Source of the DNA: a virus
Lineage: Duplodnaviria > Heunggongvirae > Uroviricota > Caudoviricetes
DNA length: 12,801 bases
Direction: 5' to 3' (one strand)
IMG/VR virus record: IMGVR_UViG_2563366845_000007
Span: 1 to 12,801 of that record
The position numbers were made by a program, and so were the translations under genes. Position 1 is the first letter of the stretch, and every line of letters starts with the position of its first letter. Shown piece after piece: positions 1-9,174 of the stretch. The notes under the pieces were generated by a model. The model was given only the letters and a program-made list of their open reading frames with translations, did not search any database and was not told the origin of the DNA.

Positions 1-2562
1 ATGGCTGAACCGGTAGGCGATCTGGTCGTTGATTTAAGTCTGGATGCGGCCAGATTTGACGAGCAGATGGCCAGAGTCAGGCGTCATTTTTCCGGTACGG
101 AAAGTGATGCGAAAAAAACAGCGGCAGTCGTTGAACAGTCGCTGAGCCGACAGGCACTGGCTGCACAGAAAGCGGGGATTTCCGTCGGGCAGTATAAAGC
201 CGCCATGCGTATGCTGCCTGCACAGTTCACCGACGTGGCCACGCAGCTTGCAGGCGGGCAAAGCCCGTGGCTGATCCTGCTGCAACAGGGTGGTCAGGTG
301 AAGGACTCCTTCGGCGGGATGATCCCCATGTTCAGGGGGCTTGCCGGCGCGATCACCCTGCCGATGGTGGGGGCCACCTCGCTGGCGGTGGCGACCGGTG
401 CGCTGGCGTATGCCTGGTATCAGGGCAACTCAACCCTGTCCGATTTCAACAAAACGCTGGTCCTTTCCGGCAATCAGGCGGGTCTGACGGCAGATCGTAT
501 GCTGGTCCTGTCCAGAGCCGGGCAGGCGGCAGGGCTGACGTTTAACCAGACCAGCGAGTCACTGACGGCGCTGGTGAATGCCGGTGTGCGTGGTGGTGAG
601 CAGTTTGAGGCGATCAGCCAGAGTGTGGCGCGTTTCTCCTCTGCATCCGGCGTGGAGGTGGACAAGGTCGCTGAAGCCTTCGGGAAGCTGACCACAGACC
701 CGACGTCGGGGCTGACAGCGATGGCGCGTCAGTTCCATAACGTGACGGCGGAGCAGATTGCGTATGTTGCTCAGTTGCAGCGTTCCGGCGATGAAGCCGG
801 GGCATTGCAGGCAGCGAACGAGGCCGCAACGAAAGGGTTTGATGACCAGACCCGCCGCCTGAAAGAGAACATGGGCACGCTGGAGACCTGGGCAGACAGG
901 ACAGCACGGGCATTCAAATCCATGTGGGATGCGGTACTGGATATTGGTCGTCCTGATACCGCTCAGGAGATGCTGATTAAGGCAGAGGCTGCGTTTAAGA
1001 AAGCGGACGACATCTGGAATCTGCGCAAGGATGATTATTTTGTTAACGATGAAGCGCGGGCGCGTTACTGGGATGATCGTGAAAAGGCCCGTCTTGCGCT
1101 TGAAGCCGCCAGAAAGAAGGCTGAACAGCAGAGTCAACAGGACAAAAATGCGCAGCAGCAGAGCGATACCGAAGCGTCACGGCTGAAATATACCGAAGAG
1201 GCGCAGAAGGCTTACGAACGGCTGCAGACGCCGCTGGAGAAATATACCGCCCGTCAGGAAGAACTGAACAAGGCACTGAAAGACGGGAAAATCCTGCAGG
1301 CAGATTACAACACGCTGATGGCAGCGGCGAAAAAGGATTATGAATCGGCGCTGAAAAAGCCGAAACAGTCCGGCGTGAGGGGGTCTGCGGGCGATCGTCA
1401 GGAAGACAGTGCTCATGCTGCCCTGCTGACGCTTCAGGCAGAACTCCGGACGCTGGAGAAGCATGCCGGAGCAAATGAGAAAATCAGCCAGCAGCGCCGG
1501 GATTTGTGGAAGGCGGAGAGTCAGTTCGCGGTACTGGAGGAGGCGGCGCAACGTCGCCAGCTGTCTGCACAGGAGAAATCCCTGCTGGCGCATAAAGATG
1601 AGACGCTGGAGTACAAACGCCAGCTGGCTGCACTTGGCGACAAGGTTACGTATCAGGAGCGCCTGAACGCGCTGGCGCAGCAGGCGGATAAATTCGCACA
1701 GCAGCAACGGGCAAAACGGGCCGCCATTGATGCGAAAAGCCGGGGGCTGACTGACCGGCAGGCAGAACGGGAAGCCACGGAACAGCGCCTGAAGGAACAG
1801 TATGGCGATAATCCGCTGGCGCTGAATAACGTCATGTCAGAGCAGAAAAAGACCTGGGCGGCTGAAGACCAGCTTCGCGGGAGCTGGATGGCAGGCCTGA
1901 AGTCCGGCTGGAGTGAGTGGGAAGAGAGCGCCACGGACAGTATGTCGCAGGTAAAAAGTGCAGCCACGCAGACCTTTGATGGTATTGCACAGAATATGGC
2001 GGCGATGCTGACCGGCAGTGAGCAGAACTGGCGCAGCTTCACCCGTTCCGTGCTGTCCATGATGACAGAAATTCTGCTTAAGCAGGCAATGGTGGGGATT
2101 GTCGGGAGTATCGGCAGCGCCATTGGCGGGGCTGTTGGTGGCGGCGCATCCGCGTCAGGCGGTACAGCCATTCAGGCCGCTGCGGCGAAATTCCATTTTG
2201 CAACCGGAGGATTTACGGGAACCGGCGGCAAATATGAGCCAGCGGGGATTGTTCACCGTGGTGAGTTTGTCTTTACGAAGGAGGCAACCAGCCGGATTGG
2301 CGTGGGGAATCTTTACCGGCTGATGCGCGGCTATGCCACCGGCGGTTATGTCGGTACACCGGGCAGCATGGCGGACAGTCGGTCGCAGGCGTCCGGGAAG
2401 TTTGAGCAGAATAACCATGTGGTGATTAACAACGACGGCACGAACGGTCAGATAGGGCCACAGGCGCTGAAGGCGGTTTATGACGTAGCCCGTAAGGCGG
2501 CAATGGATGTTGTGACCGGGCAGATGCGTGATGGTGGTCTGTTCTCCGGAGGTGGACGATGA
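1..2562 (+). CDS. H: Tail tape measure protein (lambda gpH-like), 853 aa
   Basis: Full-length ORF of 853 aa, the same length as lambda gpH. N-terminus MAEPVGDLVVDLSLDAARFDEQ, long charged coiled-coil centre (EEAQKAYERLQTPLEKYTARQEELNKAL), Gly-rich C-terminus (GGAVGGGASASGGTAIQAAAAKFHFATGGFTGTGG). Stop overlaps the M start (ATGA at 2559-2562). Identity to lambda H is from memory, not a search. Confidence 0.95.
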   Translation: MAEPVGDLVVDLSLDAARFDEQMARVRRHFSGTESDAKKTAAVVEQSLSRQALAAQKAGISVGQYKAAMRMLPAQFTDVATQLAGGQSPWLILLQQGGQVKDSFGGMIPMFRGLAGAITLPMVGATSLAVATGALAYAWYQGNSTLSDFNKTLVLSGNQAGLTADRMLVLSRAGQAAGLTFNQTSESLTALVNAGVRGGEQFEAISQSVARFSSASGVEVDKVAEAFGKLTTDPTSGLTAMARQFHNVTAEQIAYVAQLQRSGDEAGALQAANEAATKGFDDQTRRLKENMGTLETWADRTARAFKSMWDAVLDIGRPDTAQEMLIKAEAAFKKADDIWNLRKDDYFVNDEARARYWDDREKARLALEAARKKAEQQSQQDKNAQQQSDTEASRLKYTEEAQKAYERLQTPLEKYTARQEELNKALKDGKILQADYNTLMAAAKKDYESALKKPKQSGVRGSAGDRQEDSAHAALLTLQAELRTLEKHAGANEKISQQRRDLWKAESQFAVLEEAAQRRQLSAQEKSLLAHKDETLEYKRQLAALGDKVTYQERLNALAQQADKFAQQQRAKRAAIDAKSRGLTDRQAEREATEQRLKEQYGDNPLALNNVMSEQKKTWAAEDQLRGSWMAGLKSGWSEWEESATDSMSQVKSAATQTFDGIAQNMAAMLTGSEQNWRSFTRSVLSMMTEILLKQAMVGIVGSIGSAIGGAVGGGASASGGTAIQAAAAKFHFATGGFTGTGGKYEPAGIVHRGEFVFTKEATSRIGVGNLYRLMRGYATGGYVGTPGSMADSRSQASGKFEQNNHVVINNDGTNGQIGPQALKAVYDVARKAAMDVVTGQMRDGGLFSGGGR

Positions 2563-2888
2563 AAACCTTCCGCTGGAAAGTGAAACCCGGTATGGATGTG
2601 GCTTCGGCCCCTTCTGTAAGAAAGGTGCGCTTTGGTGATGGCTATTCCCAGCGAGCGCCTGCCGGGCTGAATGCCAACCTGAAAACGTACAGCGTGACGC
2701 TTTCTGTCCCCCGTGAGGAGGCCACGGTACTGGAGTCGTTTCTGGAAGAGCACGGGGGCTGGAAAGCCTTTCTGTGGACGCCGCCTTATGAGTGGCGGCA
2801 GATAAAGGTGACCTGCGCAAAATGGTCGTCGCGGGTCAGTATGCTGCGTGTTGAGTTCAGCGCAGAGTTTGAACAGGTGGTGAACTGA
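2559..2888 (+). CDS. M: Tail tip protein M (lambda gpM-like), 109 aa
   Basis: 109-aa ORF starting MKTFRWKVKPGMDVASAPSVRKVRFGDGYSQRAPAGLNANLKTYSV. Start overlaps the H stop (ATGA); stop overlaps the L start (TGATG at 2886-2890). Length and position match lambda M. Confidence 0.93.
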   Translation: MKTFRWKVKPGMDVASAPSVRKVRFGDGYSQRAPAGLNANLKTYSVTLSVPREEATVLESFLEEHGGWKAFLWTPPYEWRQIKVTCAKWSSRVSMLRVEFSAEFEQVVN

Positions 2889-3586
2889 TGCAGGATATCC
2901 GGCAGGAAACACTGAATGAATGCACCCGTGCGGAGCAGTCGGCCAGCGTGGTGCTCTGGGAAATCGATCTGACAGAGGTCGGTGGAGAACGTTATTTTTT
3001 CTGTAATGAGCAGAACGAAAAAGGTGAGCCGGTCACCTGGCAGGGGAGGCAGTATCAGGCGTATCCCATTCAGGGGAGCGGTTTTGAACTGAATGGCAAA
3101 GGCACCAGTACGCGGCCCACGCTGACGGTTTCTAACCTGTACGGTATGGTCACCGGGATGGCGGAAGATCTGCAGAGTCTGGTCGGCGGAACGGTGGTCC
3201 GGCGTAAGGTTTACGCCCGTTTTCTGGATGCGGTGAACTTCGTCAACGGAAACAGAGACGCCGATCCGGAGCAGGAGGTGATCAGCCGCTGGCGCATTGA
3301 GCAGTGCAGCGAACTGAGCGCGGTCAGTGCCTCTTTTGTACTGTCCACACCGACGGAAACGGATGGCTCTGTTTTTCCGGGGCGTATCATGCTGGCCAAC
3401 ACCTGCACCTGGACCTATCGCGGCGATGAGTGCGGTTATAGCGGTCCGGCGGTCGCGGATGAATATGACCAGCCGACGTCCGATATCACGAAGGATAAAT
3501 GCAGCAAATGCCTGAGCGGCTGTACGTTTCGCAATAACGTCGGTAACTTTGGCGGCTTCCTTTCCATTAACAAACTTTCGCAGTAA
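2888..3586 (+). CDS. L: Tail tip protein L (lambda gpL-like), 232 aa
   Basis: 232-aa ORF, same length as lambda L, translationally coupled to M. C-terminal cysteine cluster (CTWTYRGDECGYSG...CSKCLSGCTF) is consistent with the Fe-S site reported for gpL. Confidence 0.93.
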   Translation: MQDIRQETLNECTRAEQSASVVLWEIDLTEVGGERYFFCNEQNEKGEPVTWQGRQYQAYPIQGSGFELNGKGTSTRPTLTVSNLYGMVTGMAEDLQSLVGGTVVRRKVYARFLDAVNFVNGNRDADPEQEVISRWRIEQCSELSAVSASFVLSTPTETDGSVFPGRIMLANTCTWTYRGDECGYSGPAVADEYDQPTSDITKDKCSKCLSGCTFRNNVGNFGGFLSINKLSQ

Positions 3587-3590
3587 TCCC

Positions 3591-4334
3591 ATGACAGAGA
3601 CAGAATCAGCGATTCTGGCGCACGCCCGGCGATGTGCGCCAGCGGAGTCGTGCGGCTTCGTGGTGAGAGCGCCGGAGGGGGAAAGATATTTTCCCTGCGT
3701 GAATATTTCCGGTGAGCCGGAGGATTATTTCCGGATGGCTCCGGAGGACTGGCTGCAGGCAGAAATGCAGGGTGAGATTGTGGCGCTGGTCCACAGTCAC
3801 CCCGGTGGTCTGCCCTGGCTGAGTAAGGCCGACCGGCGGCTGCAGGTGCAGAGTGATTTGCCGTGGTGGCTGGTCTGCCGGGGGGCGATTCACAAGTTCC
3901 GCTGTGTGCCGCATCTTACCGGGCGGTGCTTTGAGCACGGGGTGACGGACTGTTACACGCTGTTCCGGGATGCTTACCATCTGGCGGGAATTGAGATGCC
4001 GGATTTTCATCGCGGGGATGACTGGTGGCGTCACGCTCAGAATCTCTATCTTGACAATATGGAGGCGACTGGTTTTTACCGTGTCGCACTGACAGAGGCG
4101 CAGCCGGGCGATGTGCTGCTGTGCTGCTTTGGTTCATCGGTGCCGAATCATGCCGCTATTTACTGTGGTGACGGCGAGATGCTGCACCATATTCCTGAAC
4201 AACTGAGTAAACGAGAGAGGTATACCGACAAATGGCAGCGACGCACACACTCCCTCTGGCGTCACCGGGCATGGCGCGCATCTGCCTTTACGGGGATTTG
4301 CAACGATTTGGCCGCCGCATCGACCTTCGTGTGA
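3591..4334 (+). CDS. K: Tail tip assembly protein K (JAB/MPN metalloprotease-like plus NlpC/P60-like domains), 247 aa from the ATG at 3591
   Basis: The ORF-track frame opens at TTG 3549; the first ATG is at 3591, 4 nt after the L stop. A JAMM-like motif HSHPGGLPWLSKAD (HxHx7Sx2D) is preceded by ILAHARRCAPAESCGFVV, typical of an MPN N-terminus. The C-terminal half has NlpC/P60-like Cys/His context (VTDCYTLFRDAYHLAG ... HAAIYCGDGEMLHH). The classical lambda K annotation (199 aa) corresponds to the internal ATG at 3735. Confidence 0.88.
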   Translation: MTETESAILAHARRCAPAESCGFVVRAPEGERYFPCVNISGEPEDYFRMAPEDWLQAEMQGEIVALVHSHPGGLPWLSKADRRLQVQSDLPWWLVCRGAIHKFRCVPHLTGRCFEHGVTDCYTLFRDAYHLAGIEMPDFHRGDDWWRHAQNLYLDNMEATGFYRVALTEAQPGDVLLCCFGSSVPNHAAIYCGDGEMLHHIPEQLSKRERYTDKWQRRTHSLWRHRAWRASAFTGICNDLAAASTFV

Positions 4335-4903
4335 AAACGGGGGCTGAAGCCATCCGCGTACTGGCCACACAGCTCCCGGCGTTTCGTCAGAAACTGAGCA
4401 ACGGCTGGTATCAGGTACGGATTGCCGGGCGGGACGTCAGCACGTCCGGATTAACGGCGCAGTTACATGAGACTCTGCCTGATGGCGCTGTGATTCATAT
4501 TGTTCCCAGAGTCGCCGGGGCCAAGTCAGGTGGTGTATTCCAGATTGTCCTGGGGGCTGCCGCCATTGCCGGATCATTCTTTACCGCCGGAGCCACCCTT
4601 GCAGCATGGGGGGCAGCCATTGGGGCCGGTGGTATGACCGGCATCCTGTTTTCTCTCGGTGCCAGTATGGTGCTCGGTGGTGTGGCGCAGATGCTGGCAC
4701 CGAAAGCCAGAACTCCCCGTACACAGACAACGGATAACGGTAAGCAGAACACCTATTTCTCCTCACTGGATAACATGGTTGCCCAGGGCAATGTTCTGCC
4801 TGTTCTGTACGGTGAAATGCGCGTGGGGTCACGCGTGATTTCTCAGGAGATCAGCACGGCAGACGAAGGGGATGGTGGTCAGGTTGTGGTGATTGGTCGC
4901 TGA
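4232..4903 (+). CDS. I: Tail tip assembly protein I (lambda gpI-like), 223 aa
   Basis: 223-aa ORF, same length as lambda I. Starts 103 nt inside the 3' end of K in another frame, as in lambda. Gly/Ala-rich hydrophobic centre (GGVFQIVLGAAAIAGSFFTAGATLAAWGAAIGAGGMTGILFSLGASMVLGG). Confidence 0.9.
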   Translation: MAATHTLPLASPGMARICLYGDLQRFGRRIDLRVKTGAEAIRVLATQLPAFRQKLSNGWYQVRIAGRDVSTSGLTAQLHETLPDGAVIHIVPRVAGAKSGGVFQIVLGAAAIAGSFFTAGATLAAWGAAIGAGGMTGILFSLGASMVLGGVAQMLAPKARTPRTQTTDNGKQNTYFSSLDNMVAQGNVLPVLYGEMRVGSRVISQEISTADEGDGGQVVVIGR

Positions 4904-4921
4904 TGCAAAATGTTTTATGTG

Positions 4922-4941
4922 AAACCGCCTCCGGGCGGTTT
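4922..4941 (+). promoter_or_regulatory. Perfect 8-bp stem / 4-nt loop hairpin in the I-J intergenic spacer (AAACCGCC-TCCG-GGCGGTTT), followed by U-rich sequence
   Basis: Read directly: the two arms are exact reverse complements, with TATCGTTTA downstream. It sits between the I stop (4903) and J start (4964). Could be a weak attenuator, an RNA stability element, or a translational modulator. Confidence 0.35.
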
Positions 4942-4963
4942 TATCGTTTATGGATCATGACGA

Positions 4964-7900
4964 ATGGGTAAAGGCAGCAGTAAGGGGCATACCCCGCGCG
5001 AAGCGAAGGACAACCTGAAATCATCCCAGATGCTGAGCGTGATAGACGCCATCAGTGAAGGGCCGGTTGAAGGTCCGGTGGACGGATTAAAAAGTGTGCT
5101 GCTGAACAGTACGCCAGTGCTGGACAGTGAGGGGAATACCAATATCTCCGGCGTCACGGTGGTGTTCCGGGCAGGTGAGCAGGAGCAGACACCGCCGGAG
5201 GGGTTTGAATCCTCCGGCTCCGAGACGGTGCTGGGTACGGAAGTGAAATACGACACGCCGATCACCCGCACCATCACGTCGGCAAACATCGACCGTCTGC
5301 GCTTTACCTTCGGTGTGCAGGCACTGGTGGAAACCACCTCAAAGGGTGACAGGAATCCGTCGGAAGTCCGCCTGCTGGTTCAGATACAGCGTAATGGTGG
5401 CTGGGTGACGGAAAAAGACATCACCATTAAGGGCAAAACCACCTCACAGTATCTGGTCTCGGTGGTGGTGGATAACCTGCCGCCGCGCCCGTTTAATATC
5501 CGGATGCGCAGGATGACGCCGGACAGCACTACAGACCAGCTGCAGAACAAAACGCTCTGGTCGTCATACACCGAAATCATCGATGTGAAACAGTGCTACC
5601 CGAACACGGCACTGGTCGGCGTACAGGTGGACTCGGAGCAGTTCGGCAGCCAGCAGGTGAGTCGTAATTATCATCTTCGCGGGCGCATTCTGCAGGTGCC
5701 GTCGAACTATAACCCGCAGACGCGACAATACAGCGGTATCTGGGACGGAACGTTTAAACCGGCATACAGCAACAACATGGCCTGGTGTCTGTGGGATATG
5801 CTGACCCATCCGCGCTACGGCATGGGGAAACGTCTTGGTGCGGCGGATGTGGATAAATGGGCGCTGTATGTCATCGGCCAGTACTGCGACCAGTCGGTGC
5901 CGGACGGCTTTGGCGGCACGGAGCCGCGCATTACCTGTAATGCGTACCTGACCACACAGCGCAAGGCGTGGGATGTGCTCAGTGATTTCTGCTCGGCGAT
6001 GCGCTGTATGCCGGTATGGAACGGGCAGACGCTGACGTTCGTGCAGGACCGACCATCAGATAAGGTGTGGACCTATAACCGCAGTAATGTGGTGATGCCG
6101 GATGATGGCGCGCCGTTCCGCTACAGCTTCAGCGCCCTGAAGGACCGCCATAATGCCGTTGAGGTGAACTGGATTGACCCGGATAACGGCTGGGAGACGG
6201 CGACAGAGCTTGTGGAGGACACGCAGGCCATTCTCCGTTACGGTCGTAACGTCACGAAGATGGATGCCTTTGGCTGTACCAGCCGGGGGCAGGCACACCG
6301 CGCCGGGCTGTGGCTGATTAAAACGGAGCTGCTGGAGACGCAGACCGTGGATTTCAGCGTGGGTGCCGAAGGGCTTCGCCATGTGCCGGGTGATGTTATT
6401 GAAATCTGTGATGATGACTATGCCGGTATCAGCACCGGTGGTCGCGTGCTGGCGGTGAACAGCCAGACCCGGACGCTGACGCTCGACCGTGAAATCACGC
6501 TGCCATCCTCCGGTACCACACTGATAAGCCTGGTTGACGGAAGTGGGAATCCGGTCAGCGTGGAGGTTCAGTCCGTCACCGACGGCGTGAAGGTGAAAGT
6601 GAGCCGTGTTCCTGATGGTGTTGCTGAATACAGCGTGTGGGGGCTGAAGCTGCCGACGCTACGCCAGCGCCTGTTCCGCTGTGTGAGTATCCGTGAGAAC
6701 GACGACGGCACGTATGCCATCACTGCCGTGCAGCATGTACCGGAGAAAGAAGCCATCGTGGATAACGGGGCGCACTTTGACGGTGACCAGAGCGGCACGG
6801 TGAATGGTGTCACGCCGCCAGCAGTGCAGCATCTGACCGCCGAAGTCACCGCAGACAGCGGGGAATATCAGGTGCTGGCGCGATGGGACACGCCGAAGGT
6901 GGTGAAGGGTGTGAGCTTTATGCTTCGCCTGACTGTGGCAGCAGACGACGGCAGTGAGCGGCTGGTCAGCACGGCCCGGACGACGGAAACCACATACCGC
7001 TTCACGCAACTGGCGCTGGGGCGTTACACGCTGACGGTCCGGGCGGTAAATACCCGGGGACAGCAGGGCGATCCGGCATCGGTATCGTTCCGGATTGCCG
7101 CACCGGCAGCACCGTCGCGGATTGAGCTGACGCCGGGCTATTTTCAGATAACCGCCACGCCGCATCTTGCGATTTATGATCCGACGGTACAGTTTGAGTT
7201 CTGGTTCTCGGAAAAGCGGATTACCGATATCAGGCAGGTTGAAACCACAGCCCGCTATCTTGGTACGGCGCTGTACTGGATAGCCGCCAGTATCAATATC
7301 AAACCGGGCCATGATTATTATTTTTACATTCGCAGTGTGAACACCGTTGGCAAATCGGCATTTGTGGAGGCTGTTGGCCAGCCGAGTGATGATGCATCCG
7401 GCTATCTGGATTTTTTCAAAGGAGAGATAGGGAAAACCCATCTGGCTCAGGAGTTGTGGGCGCAGATTGATAACGGTCAGCTTGCGCCTGACCTGGCTGA
7501 AATCAGGACGTCCATTACGGATGTCAGCAATGAAATCACGCAGACCGTCAATAAGAAACTGGAAGACCAGAGTGCAGCGATCCAGCAGATACAGAAGGTT
7601 CAGGTTGATACAAATAATAACCTGAACAGCATGTGGGCTGTGAAGCTGCAGCAGATGCAGGACGGACGCCTTTATATCGCGGGTATTGGTGCCGGTATTG
7701 AGAATACTCCTGACGGTATGCAGAGTCAGGTGCTGCTGGCGGCGGACAGGATTGCGATGATTAATCCTGCGAATGGCAACACAAAGCCGATGTTTGTTGG
7801 TCAGGGCGATCAGATATTCATGAACGAAGTGTTCCTGAAATATCTGACGGCTCCCACCATTACCAGCGGCGGTAATCCTCCGGCATTTTCCCTGACACCG

Positions 7901-8443
7901 GACGGGCGGCTGACGGCGAAAAATGCCGATATCAGCGGTAACGTGAATGCGAACTCCGGGACGCTCAACAACGTCACGATTAACGAGAACTGCCGGGTTC
8001 TGGGAAAACTGTCCGCGAACCAGATTGAAGGCGATCTCGTTAAAACAGTGGGTAAAGCTTTCCCCCGGGACTCCCGTGCACCGGAACGGTGGCCATCAGG
8101 GACCATTACCGTCAGGATTTATGACGATCAGCCGTTTGACCGACAGATTGTTATTCCGGCGGTGGCATTCAGCGGCGCTAAACATGAGAGAGAGCATACT
8201 GATATTTACTCCTCATGCCGTCTGATAGTGCGGAAAAACGGTGCTGAAATTTATAACCGTACCGCGCTGGATAATACGCTGATTTACAGTGGCGTTATTG
8301 ATATGTCTGCCGGTCACGGTCACATGACGCTGGAGTTTTCGGTGTCAGCATGGCTGGTAAATGGCTGGTATCCCACAGCAAGTATCAGCGATTTGCTGGT
8401 TGTTGTGATGAAGAAAGCCACTGCAGGCATCACGATTAGCTGA
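4964..8443 (+). CDS. J: Central tail fiber / host specificity protein J (lambda gpJ-like), 1159 aa
   Basis: Giant ORF starting [20 protein letters not shown], 61 nt after I as in lambda. The middle region has FN3-like repeats (e.g. [32 protein letters not shown]). It is 27 aa longer than lambda J (1132 aa, from memory). Confidence 0.95.
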   Translation: MGKGSSKGHTPREAKDNLKSSQMLSVIDAISEGPVEGPVDGLKSVLLNSTPVLDSEGNTNISGVTVVFRAGEQEQTPPEGFESSGSETVLGTEVKYDTPITRTITSANIDRLRFTFGVQALVETTSKGDRNPSEVRLLVQIQRNGGWVTEKDITIKGKTTSQYLVSVVVDNLPPRPFNIRMRRMTPDSTTDQLQNKTLWSSYTEIIDVKQCYPNTALVGVQVDSEQFGSQQVSRNYHLRGRILQVPSNYNPQTRQYSGIWDGTFKPAYSNNMAWCLWDMLTHPRYGMGKRLGAADVDKWALYVIGQYCDQSVPDGFGGTEPRITCNAYLTTQRKAWDVLSDFCSAMRCMPVWNGQTLTFVQDRPSDKVWTYNRSNVVMPDDGAPFRYSFSALKDRHNAVEVNWIDPDNGWETATELVEDTQAILRYGRNVTKMDAFGCTSRGQAHRAGLWLIKTELLETQTVDFSVGAEGLRHVPGDVIEICDDDYAGISTGGRVLAVNSQTRTLTLDREITLPSSGTTLISLVDGSGNPVSVEVQSVTDGVKVKVSRVPDGVAEYSVWGLKLPTLRQRLFRCVSIRENDDGTYAITAVQHVPEKEAIVDNGAHFDGDQSGTVNGVTPPAVQHLTAEVTADSGEYQVLARWDTPKVVKGVSFMLRLTVAADDGSERLVSTARTTETTYRFTQLALGRYTLTVRAVNTRGQQGDPASVSFRIAAPAAPSRIELTPGYFQITATPHLAIYDPTVQFEFWFSEKRITDIRQVETTARYLGTALYWIAASINIKPGHDYYFYIRSVNTVGKSAFVEAVGQPSDDASGYLDFFKGEIGKTHLAQELWAQIDNGQLAPDLAEIRTSITDVSNEITQTVNKKLEDQSAAIQQIQKVQVDTNNNLNSMWAVKLQQMQDGRLYIAGIGAGIENTPDGMQSQVLLAADRIAMINPANGNTKPMFVGQGDQIFMNEVFLKYLTAPTITSGGNPPAFSLTPDGRLTAKNADISGNVNANSGTLNNVTINENCRVLGKLSANQIEGDLVKTVGKAFPRDSRAPERWPSGTITVRIYDDQPFDRQIVIPAVAFSGAKHEREHTDIYSSCRLIVRKNGAEIYNRTALDNTLIYSGVIDMSAGHGHMTLEFSVSAWLVNGWYPTASISDLLVVVMKKATAGITIS

Positions 8444-8462
8444 ATTTTATAACCCAGATACG

Positions 8463-8488
8463 GGCGCCAGAAATGGCGCCTTTTTTAT
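8463..8488 (+). terminator. Rho-independent terminator downstream of J
   Basis: GGCGCCA-GAAA-TGGCGCC: perfect 7-bp GC-rich stem with a GNRA-type tetraloop, followed directly by TTTTTTATT. Confidence 0.7.
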
Positions 8489-8510
8489 TGCAGAAAAGCG
8501 AGAGGTAATT

Positions 8511-9110
8511 ATGCGTAAATTATGTGCTGTTATTCTGTCCACAGTAGTCTGGCTGGTCGTCGCTGGTACGCCAGCGAGCGCAGCAGAGCATCAGTCCACA
8601 CTAAGCGCCGGGTATCTTCAGACCCATAATGATATGCCCGGCAACGATGACCTGAAGGGCATTAACGTGAAATACCGTTATGAATTTACGGACACGCTGG
8701 GGCTGGTGACGTCATTCAGTTATGCCAATGCCAAAGATGAGCAAAAAACGCATTACAGCGATACCCGCTGGCATGAAGATTCAGTGCGTAACCGCTGGTT
8801 CAGCATGATGGCGGGGCCGTCTGTACGCGTGAATGAATGGTTCAGTGCTTATGCGATGGCAGGTGTGGCTTACAGCCGTGTTTCGACTTTTTCCGGGGAT
8901 TATCTCCGCGTAACTGACATCAAGGGGAAAACGCACGATGTGCTGACCGGAAGTGATGACGGTCGCCACAGCAACACGTCTCTGGCGTGGGGGGCTGGCG
9001 TGCAGTTTAACCCGACCGAATCCGTGGCCATTGATATTGCTTATGAAGGCTCCGGCAGTGGTGACTGGCGCACTGACGGTTTCATCGTGGGTGTCGGTTA
9101 TAAATTCTGA
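8511..9110 (+). CDS. lom: Lom/Ail/OmpX-family outer-membrane beta-barrel protein, 199 aa
   Basis: RBS GAGAGG 7 nt upstream of the ATG. Signal peptide MRKLCAVILSTVVWLVVAGTPASA. Family motifs GINVKYRYE and C-terminal IAYEGSGSGDWRTDGFIVGVGYKF ending in Phe (OMP sorting signal). Position after J matches lambda lom; the sequence is divergent from lambda Lom (206 aa, from memory). Confidence 0.9.
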   Translation: MRKLCAVILSTVVWLVVAGTPASAAEHQSTLSAGYLQTHNDMPGNDDLKGINVKYRYEFTDTLGLVTSFSYANAKDEQKTHYSDTRWHEDSVRNRWFSMMAGPSVRVNEWFSAYAMAGVAYSRVSTFSGDYLRVTDIKGKTHDVLTGSDDGRHSNTSLAWGAGVQFNPTESVAIDIAYEGSGSGDWRTDGFIVGVGYKF

Positions 9111-9136
9111 TTAGCCAGGTAACACAGTGTTATGAC

Positions 9137-9164
9137 AGCCCGCCGGTTCAGGCGGGCTTTTTTG
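9137..9164 (+). terminator. Rho-independent terminator downstream of lom
   Basis: AGCCCGCC-GGTTCA-GGCGGGCT: perfect 8-bp stem, followed by TTTTTT. It ends only about 10 nt before the side tail fiber start codon. Confidence 0.7.
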
Positions 9165-9174
9165 TGGAGTGGAT

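Noticed and set aside
559-2171. Several minus-strand ORFs (192, 143, 176 and 172 aa) antisense to H
   Set aside because: All are antisense to the 853-aa tape measure gene, have low-complexity Arg/Leu/Cys-rich translations, and lack start context.
3549-3590. TTG start at 3549 for K, as in the ORF track
   Set aside because: It would overlap the L C-terminus by 38 nt with no RBS. The ATG at 3591, just after the L stop, is the more parsimonious start.
2786-3592. 268-aa minus-strand ORF antisense to L
   Set aside because: It lies entirely inside the well-supported, translationally coupled M-L-K genes on the + strand, has no RBS or recognisable motif, and is the kind of long antisense frame expected in GC-rich coding DNA.
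6659-7441. 260-aa minus-strand ORF inside J
   Set aside because: Embedded antisense within the J coding region. Its Arg/Cys/Pro-rich composition is typical of a non-coding frame.
9169-9174. GTG start at 9169 for the side tail fiber
   Set aside because: The ATG two codons downstream (9175) yields the Stf-like N-terminus MAAVKISG and has better spacing from the GGAG-like sequence. The GTG is probably just the upstream end of the open frame.
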